A stretch of 64,000 bases of DNA. Source: a virus. Its lineage: Duplodnaviria; Heunggongvirae; Uroviricota; Caudoviricetes. Position 1 is the first letter of the stretch. Each line of letters begins with the position of its first letter. Below are positions 48,735-58,623 of this stretch, piece by piece. The position numbers and the translations under genes were made by a program. The stretch covers positions 74,236 to 138,235 of the IMG/VR virus record IMGVR_UViG_3300029653_000083; one strand, given 5' to 3'. The notes under the pieces were generated by a model. That model was not told the origin of the DNA. It ran no database searches and saw nothing but the letters and a program-made list of their open reading frames with translations.

Positions 48735-49079
48735 ATGGGTGGAACCATTACCTTGGCTGGAAGCAGCCTTGAGAGCACCTATCATAAGATGTTCGACACC
48801 ATTTTGAGCAGTAGCGCGGGAACCGTGTTGACCAACATCGGTCTTGCCGCCGCAGTGCTTCTCGCACTCGGCCTTATCGTCGGTGGCATTTGCAAGGCGT
48901 TGGGACGCCAAAACAAGCTCGTGCAGATGTTCTGCCCGAACATCGGACGTATTCTCGTCGTCCTCGCAGTCGGATTCATTCTCGCTGGCCCGACCTTCAC
49001 CATTCCGGCAATTCTTAAGTTGATTGACTGGTTCGTTGACGCGGTTGGCGGCAGTGGAAAGACCTATCTGGGAATCTGA
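48735..49079 (+). CDS. small membrane protein (possible VirB2/TrbC-like)
   Basis: ORF track; two TM segments. Confidence 0.45.
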   Translation: MGGTITLAGSSLESTYHKMFDTILSSSAGTVLTNIGLAAAVLLALGLIVGGICKALGRQNKLVQMFCPNIGRILVVLAVGFILAGPTFTIPAILKLIDWFVDAVGGSGKTYLGI

Positions 49080-49184
49080 CATCCGCAGAAGGAAAACCGG
49101 AGTGGATATGCGAAGAGGACCTTTCCGGTTCTGTTCCCACTCCGGTTTTCTTTTAAGAACCTTACGTACGAAAAGAGTTGAATC

Positions 49185-49607
49185 ATGAGCGATGAGGAAG
49201 ACGAAGGATACAAAGGCCCCTTGCATCCGAGGTTGACAATGGACGACATCACGGAAGTGTCCGGCCCGGAGGAAATCGAACGGAAGAACACGTTCCAGAT
49301 AACCAAGAACACTGAGGCCCGTTCCAAAACCGTGTTCTCCGTTATCGTCGGCGCATTGGCGGGCTTGGCTCTTTGCCTCATATTCGCCCCGTTGCTCGGA
49401 TACATGTTCAGCTCGTTCTTCGTACTGTTGGGCGGAATACTGGCTCCGTTCTTCGCAGTCGGCACCATTAGAGACCGCACCCAACAGACACGGTGGAAGA
49501 GAACCTTGCAGGATATGAAGAGCCGCAAGATTGAAGGGCAGGTCTTCTACCCGAATTCCACTCAGCCGGAAAACATTATCGACCTTCAAGAAATGGAAAT
49601 CCGTTGA
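49185..49607 (+). CDS. membrane protein (2 TM)
   Basis: ORF track. Confidence 0.45.
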   Translation: MSDEEDEGYKGPLHPRLTMDDITEVSGPEEIERKNTFQITKNTEARSKTVFSVIVGALAGLALCLIFAPLLGYMFSSFFVLLGGILAPFFAVGTIRDRTQQTRWKRTLQDMKSRKIEGQVFYPNSTQPENIIDLQEMEIR

Positions 49608-52600
49608 ATACAAAATATCGAGACCCAGTGAAACGGGCGGGTAGAAGGAACCTGCTCGTCATTCTGATGTTGTGCGTGGTCATGACATTGTTCGTCTTGC
49701 CGTCCAGCGTGTTCGCCGCACAGGTCAACGATTCGACCACGACGATAACATGCGCCAACGGCGGGACTGACAGTGCTACATCAGACATCTCTAGTTGTCT
49801 TCCTTCCGGACGTTGGGGAAACTACGTTGGGGAAATCACTTCGCGTACGGAACCGTACAGTGGCAGCGATGTCGCCGGTTGGTTCTCGAACGTCAAGCAG
49901 ACCATCAGCTCGCAGACCCATATCGTCCTTCCCAACATTCTGATGCAGTTGACTCAGGTCTGCTGGTCTTCCGCATTGTCCATCAGCCAGTTCGCCGCTT
50001 CGTTCGAACCGATGAAACAGGCTGGTGCGAACATCGACTCCGCAGTGTCCACCATGGTGACGAGTCTGATGGACGGCGGTATCCCCGCCACCATCGCAGT
50101 GCTCGGCATCGTGGCTTGGGTTGGCGCGGCTGGATTCCAAATCGGCACCGTCAAAGAGGCGAGCAAACGAATCGTCATCATGGTTCTCTGCTTCGCTTCA
50201 ATCACGATGCTTGGAGCTGGAGCGGCCAAAACCGGAAAGAACGCCACAGAACCGGCGACCGGAAGCCCATGGTGGGTCGTGCAGACAATCAACAACACCA
50301 TCAACAAGCTTTCGGTCAACCTCGACCTTGACGGCATGGCAGACAGTGATAAAAACATGATGTCCTACCATCATGCGGCGAACGGTGCGAAAACCAATTG
50401 TCAGGATTACCTGTACTTCATGCATCAGGCGTATGACGAACAGGCGAAGTCCAACGGCAATCAGGATACAAGCAACATCACCAAGGCCATCAACCGTATT
50501 TGGGAGGAGACCTCCCTTCGCTCGTTCGTGACCATGCAGTACGGAAACCCGCAGACCACCGGAACATCCTCGTTCCGTATCGCGGAAAACGCCCGGCAAG
50601 GTTACTGCCACGTGTTGGAGATGAAAGCCAACACGAACACGACCATCCAGAAGGATTTGACCAACAAGGCCATGGCGTTGCACATCAGCGACCAGCGAGC
50701 CAAATGGTTGTTCTCCGTGGACGGTTGGGTAGACCCGCGTAATCCTTACTTCACCGACAAACCGTTGGAAAGGGAGAACGCGACATATCTCAGCCGTGCG
50801 GGCGTGTTCTGGGAAACCTGTGGCACGAAACGCAATCAGGAAATCTACGCGCGAGCCGGATGGGCGACACTCATCAACAACCTCGGTGACACAGGAACCA
50901 AGAACATCAAGAACGGCAGTACGAAAGTACGTGTCAAGATTGACGACTTGGACAATGTGAAACCGACCAACGGTGGCAAAGGCGTGATGGACGCGAAACA
51001 GAACGGCAGTGAAGACGAAACCATCCAACAGACCACTTCGGTCTGCCAGACGATTCTCAAACAGGGTTCCGTAATCTTCTCCCGTTCCACCGATATCAAC
51101 AAGGAGGATGACGGAACATATAAAGACCAGCAGAACGACACCAACTGGGGCGACTCCGCTACGGTCGGATGGCGTTTCGACGTGCCGAACGTTTCCGGAA
51201 CTTGGAGTGAGGCGAATCTTCGTGACGCTCAGGATGATTCCACTGTCACGGGCGGTGCGAAGAAAACCATCGACTACATGTATGGCAACAACAACGTCGA
51301 TACGTTGGGTGCTTGCGGAACACTTATCGGAGGCATCGTCAATCTCGTGGTCTGGGGATTGTTGAGCCTTGTTCTAATACTGACGAAGCTCATGCTGATA
51401 ATGATGGCGTTGTTCCTCGTGGTCACGTTCCTTGTCCAAGCGTTCCCGATTGGCGAGAAGCCGAAGAACGCGTTGAAGAACTGGGCGACGTACACCTGCC
51501 AGTTGAGTATGGTAGGAGCGTTGTACGGTGCGCTCGGTACTCTCGCAACATTCATTTGTGGCCTGACGTTGAAGTTCACCTCTGCCAGCAGTGGTTCGTT
51601 CACCTACCAGTTGATTGCGGGATTGAGTCCGGTGTTGGCTATCGCCGCAATCGGCATGTTCTGTTCGAAAGTGTTGAAGTGGGGTAATCCGTTCAGCATC
51701 AACGCTCTCATGGGAATGGCGGGTGGAACCGCAATGGCTTCCGGTCTTCGCAAGGGAATGCACATGATTGGACAGCACCGTATGATTCGCGCCATGCGTG
51801 GCGGATTCCGTCGTGGCGGCAATGGTGTCGGACGTTTGTCCACGAACGGTACCGGCGCTGGCATGGCCCATAACGGAGCACGTCAAAGCGAGACCGTCCT
51901 AAGCAAGATGAGCCGCGCACAACAGGATTCGTTGAGTCAGGGCGATAGGAATCTGATGAATCGTAACGCCAAGGAGTTCGAGGCGATTCAGACGCGTGGA
52001 CGCGGAAGCAAGAACTGGGCACGAATGGACAAGAGCACAGTGAGAGGAAGTCTTGCCGGTGCGAAACTCCATTTTGAGGATTCCACGGGCAAGTTCAAGG
52101 GACGGTTGAACAAAGCCGTTTCCAAGTTCCATGGCGAGGACAATACGGAGGCGTTCGCCCATAGTATCGCCCAACGTCACCCGGGCATGTCCCTCAACGA
52201 TGTGCAACGCAAAGCACAAAGGATGAACCATCTGAACAATGCCGGACGCAAACTCCAAGGTGCGGCAAGAGTCGCCGGAGCCGGAGCCGCAATGGCCGGT
52301 GCCGGTCTCGCTTTCGCCGCACGAGCCGCGAAGAGCGCACCGTTGCGTAACGTCGTAGCACGTGGCGCGAAGGTCGCCGCGAAAGCCGCTGTCACCGGAG
52401 CTTTGTTCTCCAATCCGATTACCGCACCGTTGGGATTGATTGCCGCTGGAAAGCTGGCCGCCGACCGTAACCTGCATCATGGTATAGCGGTGGGTGCGGG
52501 AGCCGCGATGGATAAAATCCGCGACATCAGGAACGCCGCTCCCGGCAGTATGAGAGAACGCGACCAGTGGCGTCGCGACGTGTTGGGCATGGCTAATGGT

Positions 52601-53611
52601 GACGCTCCGTTGTCGTCTCCGTTCTCCGGCGCCGGTGACGGTGGTTCCGACAATGGTGACAGTCCTATGCCTTCTCCGTCGGCTCCGAATCCGGATGTCC
52701 CAACCCAAACCGGTGGTGTCGGTGGCGCGTCGCCGATTCCGACGGACGCGCAGACTGAGACGATTCCGATTGGCGCTCCGACTGGTCCGATTCCAGCGGA
52801 CGCCCAAGGACAGCATGCTCCGGTGTTGACTGAACAGTCCGCGTTCAATCAGGTTCGTGAGGGAATGATGGCCGACTTCGTGGATAACCAGCACATGTCC
52901 CAAGAGGATGCGGAACAGGCTTTCCAAGAGGCCGTCTCCTCCGGCGAGGTCGATAATTCCGTCCAAGCGTATATGAGCCAGAACAATCAATCTCCTAATG
53001 AGAATGCGACAGCTCAACCCGAAACGAACGCCAACCAGCCGGTGTACAACACTGAGACAGGTGAGATTGTTGGTGAGACCCTACCCTCCGGAACGATGGA
53101 CGCCGCCGTGTCCTCCGCCTCCACTTGGCAGAAGGCAACCGACAATGCGACTCCGATGCCTGAATCGGTGAACAATTCACTGCAACAGGCGTACATGCGC
53201 GAGAATCCGGTGCAACAGTCTCCGGAGGAGCATTTGCGGATGGCTCAGGAGGAATGGACTGCGACGACCGGACTGCCGGGGTCTACGATGCCGTCGGGTG
53301 CCGAACGGGCTATGAACCCGAATGGAATTCAGCCGAGTAGAAAATTCACGGTGGATTCCGGGCAGACGCAACAGCAGGGTTCGGTACAGGCGCAAGCTCC
53401 GCGACAGCAGTCTCAACCGCAGCCACAAGCTCAGGTAAGACAACAGCCGTCGGTTCGAATGCAACCGCCAACCACACCTTCCCCGACCGTCAAACAGCCG
53501 GTGGACGCCAACCCGTCAAACCTGACAGGTTTCCCCTCCGTAGGCAATCTTCGTATGAAGAAACCGCCGACCGGAGGACAGCCGACACCCAAACCGCCGT
53601 TCATGAAGTGA
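49604..53611 (+). CDS. VirB6/TrbL-like polytopic membrane protein with long Ala/Gly- then Pro/Gln-rich C-terminal tail
   Basis: Signal peptide, multiple TM helices mid-protein, ~600-aa low-complexity tail; TTG start overlapping upstream stop. Confidence 0.55.
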   Translation: MNTKYRDPVKRAGRRNLLVILMLCVVMTLFVLPSSVFAAQVNDSTTTITCANGGTDSATSDISSCLPSGRWGNYVGEITSRTEPYSGSDVAGWFSNVKQTISSQTHIVLPNILMQLTQVCWSSALSISQFAASFEPMKQAGANIDSAVSTMVTSLMDGGIPATIAVLGIVAWVGAAGFQIGTVKEASKRIVIMVLCFASITMLGAGAAKTGKNATEPATGSPWWVVQTINNTINKLSVNLDLDGMADSDKNMMSYHHAANGAKTNCQDYLYFMHQAYDEQAKSNGNQDTSNITKAINRIWEETSLRSFVTMQYGNPQTTGTSSFRIAENARQGYCHVLEMKANTNTTIQKDLTNKAMALHISDQRAKWLFSVDGWVDPRNPYFTDKPLERENATYLSRAGVFWETCGTKRNQEIYARAGWATLINNLGDTGTKNIKNGSTKVRVKIDDLDNVKPTNGGKGVMDAKQNGSEDETIQQTTSVCQTILKQGSVIFSRSTDINKEDDGTYKDQQNDTNWGDSATVGWRFDVPNVSGTWSEANLRDAQDDSTVTGGAKKTIDYMYGNNNVDTLGACGTLIGGIVNLVVWGLLSLVLILTKLMLIMMALFLVVTFLVQAFPIGEKPKNALKNWATYTCQLSMVGALYGALGTLATFICGLTLKFTSASSGSFTYQLIAGLSPVLAIAAIGMFCSKVLKWGNPFSINALMGMAGGTAMASGLRKGMHMIGQHRMIRAMRGGFRRGGNGVGRLSTNGTGAGMAHNGARQSETVLSKMSRAQQDSLSQGDRNLMNRNAKEFEAIQTRGRGSKNWARMDKSTVRGSLAGAKLHFEDSTGKFKGRLNKAVSKFHGEDNTEAFAHSIAQRHPGMSLNDVQRKAQRMNHLNNAGRKLQGAARVAGAGAAMAGAGLAFAARAAKSAPLRNVVARGAKVAAKAAVTGALFSNPITAPLGLIAAGKLAADRNLHHGIAVGAGAAMDKIRDIRNAAPGSMRERDQWRRDVLGMANGDAPLSSPFSGAGDGGSDNGDSPMPSPSAPNPDVPTQTGGVGGASPIPTDAQTETIPIGAPTGPIPADAQGQHAPVLTEQSAFNQVREGMMADFVDNQHMSQEDAEQAFQEAVSSGEVDNSVQAYMSQNNQSPNENATAQPETNANQPVYNTETGEIVGETLPSGTMDAAVSSASTWQKATDNATPMPESVNNSLQQAYMRENPVQQSPEEHLRMAQEEWTATTGLPGSTMPSGAERAMNPNGIQPSRKFTVDSGQTQQQGSVQAQAPRQQSQPQPQAQVRQQPSVRMQPPTTPSPTVKQPVDANPSNLTGFPSVGNLRMKKPPTGGQPTPKPPFMK

Positions 53612-53714
53612 CGTCGGTTTGACCATCCGGCGTCGAATGTTTTGAGCATCTTCCACAGCATTCGACGCCGGTTTCCCTTTCGAAAAACCTTCCAACGTCA
53701 AGGAGATTAGAAAA

Positions 53715-54068
53715 ATGGAAGAGGTAGGAAACCAAGCCGCTGACACTGCGGGACGAACGTTGGGTGACGTGCTCACTGTGTTCTTCTCTTGGGTGTTCAC
53801 GCCGACGGGCGCAATCCTCACTTTGTTGATGATTATTATTTGCGCCGGTAGTGTCGTGTTCGCCATCTTGCAGAAAAGCACCCGCGCGTTGATGACCGCG
53901 TTGACCATCTGCGCGTTCCTGTTGTTCGTGTGGATTATCACCGGTGTCTTGGAGGTCATGGGTTTGCCCGTGCGTGAATGGATGAAGGATATCGCGGCCC
54001 AGATGCCTGATATCGGTTCACTGTTCATGGAGTTCCTTCGCAAACTGGTGTTCACTGCTACCGAGTAA
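53715..54068 (+). CDS. small membrane protein
   Basis: ORF track; AAGGAG RBS. Confidence 0.45.
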   Translation: MEEVGNQAADTAGRTLGDVLTVFFSWVFTPTGAILTLLMIIICAGSVVFAILQKSTRALMTALTICAFLLFVWIITGVLEVMGLPVREWMKDIAAQMPDIGSLFMEFLRKLVFTATE

Positions 54069-54076
54069 AAACGAAA

Positions 54077-54119
54077 GAAAGCCGTATCCGTTTCATCGCG
54101 GACGCGGCTTTCTGTTTTT
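54077..54119 (+). terminator. rho-independent terminator
   Basis: GAAAGCCG-loop-CGGCTTTC then TGTTTTT. Confidence 0.6.
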
Positions 54120-54287
54120 CTGTTCCGCCTGTAAACCTGTACGCCGTTCCATTGTTTTACTGGAATGTTTCTCCGAACGGTTTTCCAGTTCGGCGTGCCG
54201 ACTTTTCGCCGTTGTTATCATCGAAACAAAAAACATACCCCCACCATGATTCCGTCCACACCGGAAGCAGAAAAAGGAAACCAGAAC

Positions 54288-54950
54288 ATGAGAGTCAAAA
54301 ACCATACGGTCATCATCACCGTCGCAATCATCAAAGGCGGTTCAGGAAAAACAACCACATCAATGGCATTGGCCGAACTATTGCACAAACGCGGGGAACA
54401 AGTCACAGTCTTGGACTCCGACAACACGGGCGGCGCGACCATGTGGGAAATGTACGTCGAACAGGAAAACCGCAGACGCAGACAGGACAATCCGGACGCG
54501 AAACCATACACGCTCGGCTTCCCCGTCGTGCAAACCAACGAAGCCGTATTGAACAATCCGGAACTCATCCGCGAAAAATATTCAGGCTGGGTCATCATCG
54601 ACACCCCACCGTCCGACGCGGGAGTGGTACAGGCGGCGATAAACGCGGGCGACGTGGTGATAATCCCATGCCAGCCATCCGTATCCGATTTGACCCACGC
54701 GGGACGCACATACGCGGCGGCACGCAACGGCATCGTCCTGTTGACACGCGTGAAGCCGAGAACGAAACTCGCCCGGAACAGCATCAGCGAACTGGATGAG
54801 GAAGGCATCGCACGGTTCGAAACCGTCATCACGGAACGTGAAGCCGTCAAGAACATGTACGGCACAACCGAAATCGACAACAAGGAATATTCCAGCGTCG
54901 TGCAGGAACTCATCGACTATCTGTCTGAAATCAATCTGGTGGAAGAATAA
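54288..54950 (+). CDS. parA: ParA family partition ATPase
   Basis: Deviant Walker A AIIKGGSGKTTT; internal ATG with AAAGGAAA RBS. Confidence 0.8.
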   Translation: MRVKNHTVIITVAIIKGGSGKTTTSMALAELLHKRGEQVTVLDSDNTGGATMWEMYVEQENRRRRQDNPDAKPYTLGFPVVQTNEAVLNNPELIREKYSGWVIIDTPPSDAGVVQAAINAGDVVIIPCQPSVSDLTHAGRTYAAARNGIVLLTRVKPRTKLARNSISELDEEGIARFETVITEREAVKNMYGTTEIDNKEYSSVVQELIDYLSEINLVEE

Positions 54951-54980
54951 AAACAGGAGCAGGGGAGTAAGTAGGCAATC

Positions 54981-55436
54981 ATGGTCAAGAACATCAAACG
55001 CAACGCTTTCGCAACAGGAATGCAGGACAAGCGTGACATGCGCCCATTGGAATCACCGGAAAACATTAGCGAACCGAACACGGAGCAGGAACCGACACAG
55101 GCCGTTCCTGAAACGCGGGAACCGTCAGACCAGTCAGTCCAAACGTCCGCCGACATGCACGCCCAAACGCTCACGGAGGAAGAAGCCGACCGTCGGGCAC
55201 GGCTCATCACCGACATAACCCATCCTGAAACACCGGCACCATCCGAAACGCATCAGCCGCCGAAAGAGAAAAGAATCGGCAGCAACGTCACCGTCGAGAA
55301 CTGGCGGGCATGGAAATTGAAAAGCATCGAATACGGGACGAAACAGGCTGTATTGTTGAATGCCGCGATGGACTACTGCTTCCAGCAGGGACACTTCGAC
55401 CAGACGCTCATCGACAAGTACGAGCAGAAGGAATAG
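54981..55436 (+). CDS. putative partition adaptor / centromere-binding protein
   Basis: Immediately downstream of parA; disordered acidic N-half, conserved C-terminal domain. Confidence 0.35.
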   Translation: MVKNIKRNAFATGMQDKRDMRPLESPENISEPNTEQEPTQAVPETREPSDQSVQTSADMHAQTLTEEEADRRARLITDITHPETPAPSETHQPPKEKRIGSNVTVENWRAWKLKSIEYGTKQAVLLNAAMDYCFQQGHFDQTLIDKYEQKE

Positions 55437-55544
55437 GTTCCGGTATACTAATATTCGGATGAACAAAAAGACTTCACCGAAGTCTTCCAGATGGGGCGAC
55501 ACTCACAACAGAGCGGACGCCCCATTGGTTTCTCTAAAACACAG

Positions 55545-56414
55545 TTAGGATACGAACGGGTTCATCGGCTCTTCATCGTCTGCCACGCCCGCGTCCGTGT
55601 CGGCATCATCGTTAGCCGACTGGATGGAAGGGAGACTGGGACGGACTATGACACCGGTTTCCGTGACTTCGACTTTCAATTCCGGCCATGCGAGCTGAAT
55701 CTTCTCCAACGCTCTCTTGAACTTGCGTCTGAATTCACGCATCGGATACCCGTCATACTTGAACTGCATCAACAGGGCTTCCCATGTCACGCGCGTCTCA
55801 TGGCGCATGGCATGGGCACGGAACGCGAGCCACTGGTATACGTCCAACGCGAGGGCATCGTTGCGAAGCTGGCGAACGATGGATGGGTTGAGAGGAACGC
55901 AGTTCTCCGTCAGCAGTGCCCACATCTCGGGGGAGAACTTTATGTAAGACTTCTTCGCCCCGTCATCGTCGTAGTTGAGTGACACTATGTTGGCAACGAA
56001 GAAAGAGTGGGCTGTGAATCCGCCAGTGGACCAGTTTTCAAGGACGATGGAGGTTGTCGCTAGATTCCTGACCATGTTCATTACCGTCTCCTTGCTGGAC
56101 CCTGAATAGTGGATTCCAGTGCTCTTGCAGAATGAACGATAGGTGTCGTCCAAGTAGACGGTATGATTCTCTGCATCCACACAGTCGCTACTGTTCTTGA
56201 TGAGAGAACGGATGTGGATGAGGAACATTCTGGGGGCTGCTCCGTATGCCCATTCTCCGGTGGAGGCCGAGACTGTGATTGACGAGTTTCCGTTAATTTT
56301 TCTCATGGACTGAGATTCCGGTTTCGACTGCGGCAGGAAACTCAGCTTAGACATAACCGACGGCGTGTAGTTGTATGTATTCGACTTGTAGAGGTCTTTG
56401 CTATGATTGGTCAT
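55545..56414 (-). CDS. plasmid replication initiator (Rep, iteron-type)
   Basis: wHTH-like ALDVYQWLAFRAHAMR..W..L..QF; iterons directly upstream. Confidence 0.65.
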   Translation of the reverse strand: MTNHSKDLYKSNTYNYTPSVMSKLSFLPQSKPESQSMRKINGNSSITVSASTGEWAYGAAPRMFLIHIRSLIKNSSDCVDAENHTVYLDDTYRSFCKSTGIHYSGSSKETVMNMVRNLATTSIVLENWSTGGFTAHSFFVANIVSLNYDDDGAKKSYIKFSPEMWALLTENCVPLNPSIVRQLRNDALALDVYQWLAFRAHAMRHETRVTWEALLMQFKYDGYPMREFRRKFKRALEKIQLAWPELKVEVTETGVIVRPSLPSIQSANDDADTDAGVADDEEPMNPFVS

Positions 56415-56656
56415 GTGACCACGACTCCTTCAGTGTTAGGTGGTTGCCATTCCCCGGCTGGTTCCAACAGTGCGGGGATTTTCTTTTCTCAGAACAGTAT
56501 ACGTCACTACCTACCCCTTATAGATTCTTTTCTACCCTCCGTCTTTTTGTAGCTTCGAACTGCTTGCGAAAAAGGTCGAACGGGGCATGAGGAAGTGCCA
56601 CAGAACGTGAGAAAGCGGAACCAAAAGTTGGAACTTCTGACACACATAGACAAAAA

Positions 56657-56741
56657 AGTGGGCACTTTCGACACGGAAAGTGGGCACTTTCGACACGGAA
56701 AGTGGGCACTTTCGACACGGAAAGTGGGCACTTTCGACACG
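56657..56741. repeat. iterons: 3.8 tandem copies of 22-bp AGTGGGCACTTTCGACACGGAA
   Basis: Perfect direct repeats read directly; ~240 bp upstream of rep start. Confidence 0.85.
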
Positions 56742-56779
56742 CTTTCAACCCGAAACGCCTACTCCCATAAGGGATTTCG

Positions 56780-56930
56780 ACACCTGCAAAAGGTATACAA
56801 AAGATTACAAAAGATATTAATATCCCTTGTATTCCCTTCTTTTTCAAAAAACAAGTTTTTCAAAAAGAAGCAAAAAATCAAAAAATTAGAATAAAACCAT
56901 TTTTTGATTCTACGTTCAGACAGGGTGAAC
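56780..56930. other. AT-rich region (candidate DNA unwinding element of oriV)
   Basis: ~75% AT, adjacent to iterons. Confidence 0.45.
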
Positions 56931-57167
56931 CCTGAGCAACGATTATCCTCAATGCTGTTTTTCGTTTCAACAACGTTGACGTTTAGACAGGTCTGAATGT
57001 TTTCGAGGGAAGAGAGAAAAAGAAAAGTTCCGGAAAAAGAAAAACAGAGAAGCCGACACCGCCGGTGGATGCATGTAGAAAACCCCGAAGCCGATATAGG
57101 AAACCTCGGACGGAAGGTAGACTTGAAGACAGTGCATGACAAGCGGAAATGAATTCGGAGCGGAACT

Positions 57168-58448
57168 GTGTTCGGAAGCAAGAAAGACAAGAACGGCAAA
57201 CAGCCGATGGGCCAGCAGAAGGCGAAGCAGAACCCGAACAATGAGACCGACCTGTTCGCTGATGAAAAAGAACGCAAGGACGAGATAGAACTCACCGCGT
57301 GGAAGAAGGCGTTGAAGAACACACAGAAGTGGAAGGTTCTCATCATCCTGTTCATCTGCACCGGTCTGGTCGCCCCGATGATTTCCGTCCGCGCAATCAA
57401 CACGTTGAACGAAATGGGTTCCTACCTGACGGAGAAGTACAAGGAAATCAGCGGCGACAAGCCCGGCAAGCAGGTCGCATTGCAAGCCGTGTACAGTTGG
57501 CTGGATGATGACAAGGGCGCTTTCCAATATGGGTATGCGAATTTGTGGTGGAATGGTGCCACTGAAGTCAGCACTTCCACGTCGGATGATTCCGATGGTG
57601 CCACGACTCAGTATTGGAGCCATCAGATGTCCCTCACCGATAAGTCGGATGGAAGCACGAGGGATATCACCCAGCTTGTCGCCGTCACCGATGGTGTGGC
57701 TACTGCGGTGGGAACGCCGACCGTGCTTCCCAAGACCGTCACTTCGAACAGCAATACGGACACGTACCGTCCCGACGGTTACATTCAGCTTGACCAGAAC
57801 ACAAGCCTGACGAACGTGGTCAGCGCTTGGTCTAAAGCGTACATCGGCAAAGACGCCAACGCTTTGACGGTACTTGTCGGAGACCCGAACAGCGACCACA
57901 TGTACCAGCCAGCAAGCTTGGGTTCGTATCTGAACTCGTCCCTCGACTGGCTTGTGCAATGCACCAAGGACGGCAAGACCGTTGACAAGCAGAACAAGTC
58001 CGACAATCCCGAATGGGCGGCGGCGAGCGTCAGCATCTCGTTCAAACCCTACGAGAAGAAGGTTGACGCAAGCACCGCCAACGACCCGAACGCGGACACT
58101 GGTTCAACGAGCAACGTGGAGACGAGCGTCACCGTCCTCATCCATAATCCGACCCGTGGTAGCGCGAAAATCGTTGACTGGGGTGCCGAAGGCAGTCTGA
58201 CCACGTTGAAGGCGTTCAGCAATGCCATCGACCGTTCGCTGATTGGCTCTTCCAGCAGTGATGACGATGATGATTCTTCCGATTCCAGTTCATCGGATTC
58301 CGATAGCGGTTCCGGTGATGACGGTTCCGACAATGACGATTCCGACTCCTCCGATTCGGATTCGTCCGACAACAACGGCAGTAGTTCATCCCAGAATTCC
58401 GATGACGGTTCCGTAACCGGCGACCCCAATGAGGGGCCGAACGACTAA
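57168..58448 (+). CDS. bitopic membrane protein with Ser/Asp-repeat C-terminal tail (possible TcpC/VirB8-like)
   Basis: Single N-terminal TM; ~300-aa extracellular domain; C-terminal SSDDDDDSSDSSSSDSDSGSGDD repeats. Confidence 0.45.
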   Translation: MFGSKKDKNGKQPMGQQKAKQNPNNETDLFADEKERKDEIELTAWKKALKNTQKWKVLIILFICTGLVAPMISVRAINTLNEMGSYLTEKYKEISGDKPGKQVALQAVYSWLDDDKGAFQYGYANLWWNGATEVSTSTSDDSDGATTQYWSHQMSLTDKSDGSTRDITQLVAVTDGVATAVGTPTVLPKTVTSNSNTDTYRPDGYIQLDQNTSLTNVVSAWSKAYIGKDANALTVLVGDPNSDHMYQPASLGSYLNSSLDWLVQCTKDGKTVDKQNKSDNPEWAAASVSISFKPYEKKVDASTANDPNADTGSTSNVETSVTVLIHNPTRGSAKIVDWGAEGSLTTLKAFSNAIDRSLIGSSSSDDDDDSSDSSSSDSDSGSGDDGSDNDDSDSSDSDSSDNNGSSSSQNSDDGSVTGDPNEGPND

Positions 58449-58623
58449 TCCGAAAGGAAAACTAAATTGACAGGACATAACAAGCCCAGTGAGGGTGACA
58501 AGTTCGCTGAGTTCATCAACAGCAATGGCCCGTTGACCGGTGCGATTATCGCCATCGCGTTCATCGTGTGTCTCGTCATCAGCATCATCTTGAACCTGTG
58601 ATGAGATTTTTTGGAGGTTTCCT

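Noticed and set aside
48594-49613. 339-aa minus-strand ORF
   Set aside because: Antisense to two plus-strand membrane-protein genes inside a uniformly plus-strand T4SS operon; typical high-GC antisense open frame.
56518-56847. 109-aa minus-strand ORF (and plus ORF 56595..56894) across the 22-bp tandem repeats; possible CRISPR array
   Set aside because: The repeating peptide KCPLSVSKVPTF is an artefact of translating the iterons. The units are contiguous with no spacers, so this is not CRISPR. The location upstream of rep fits iterons.
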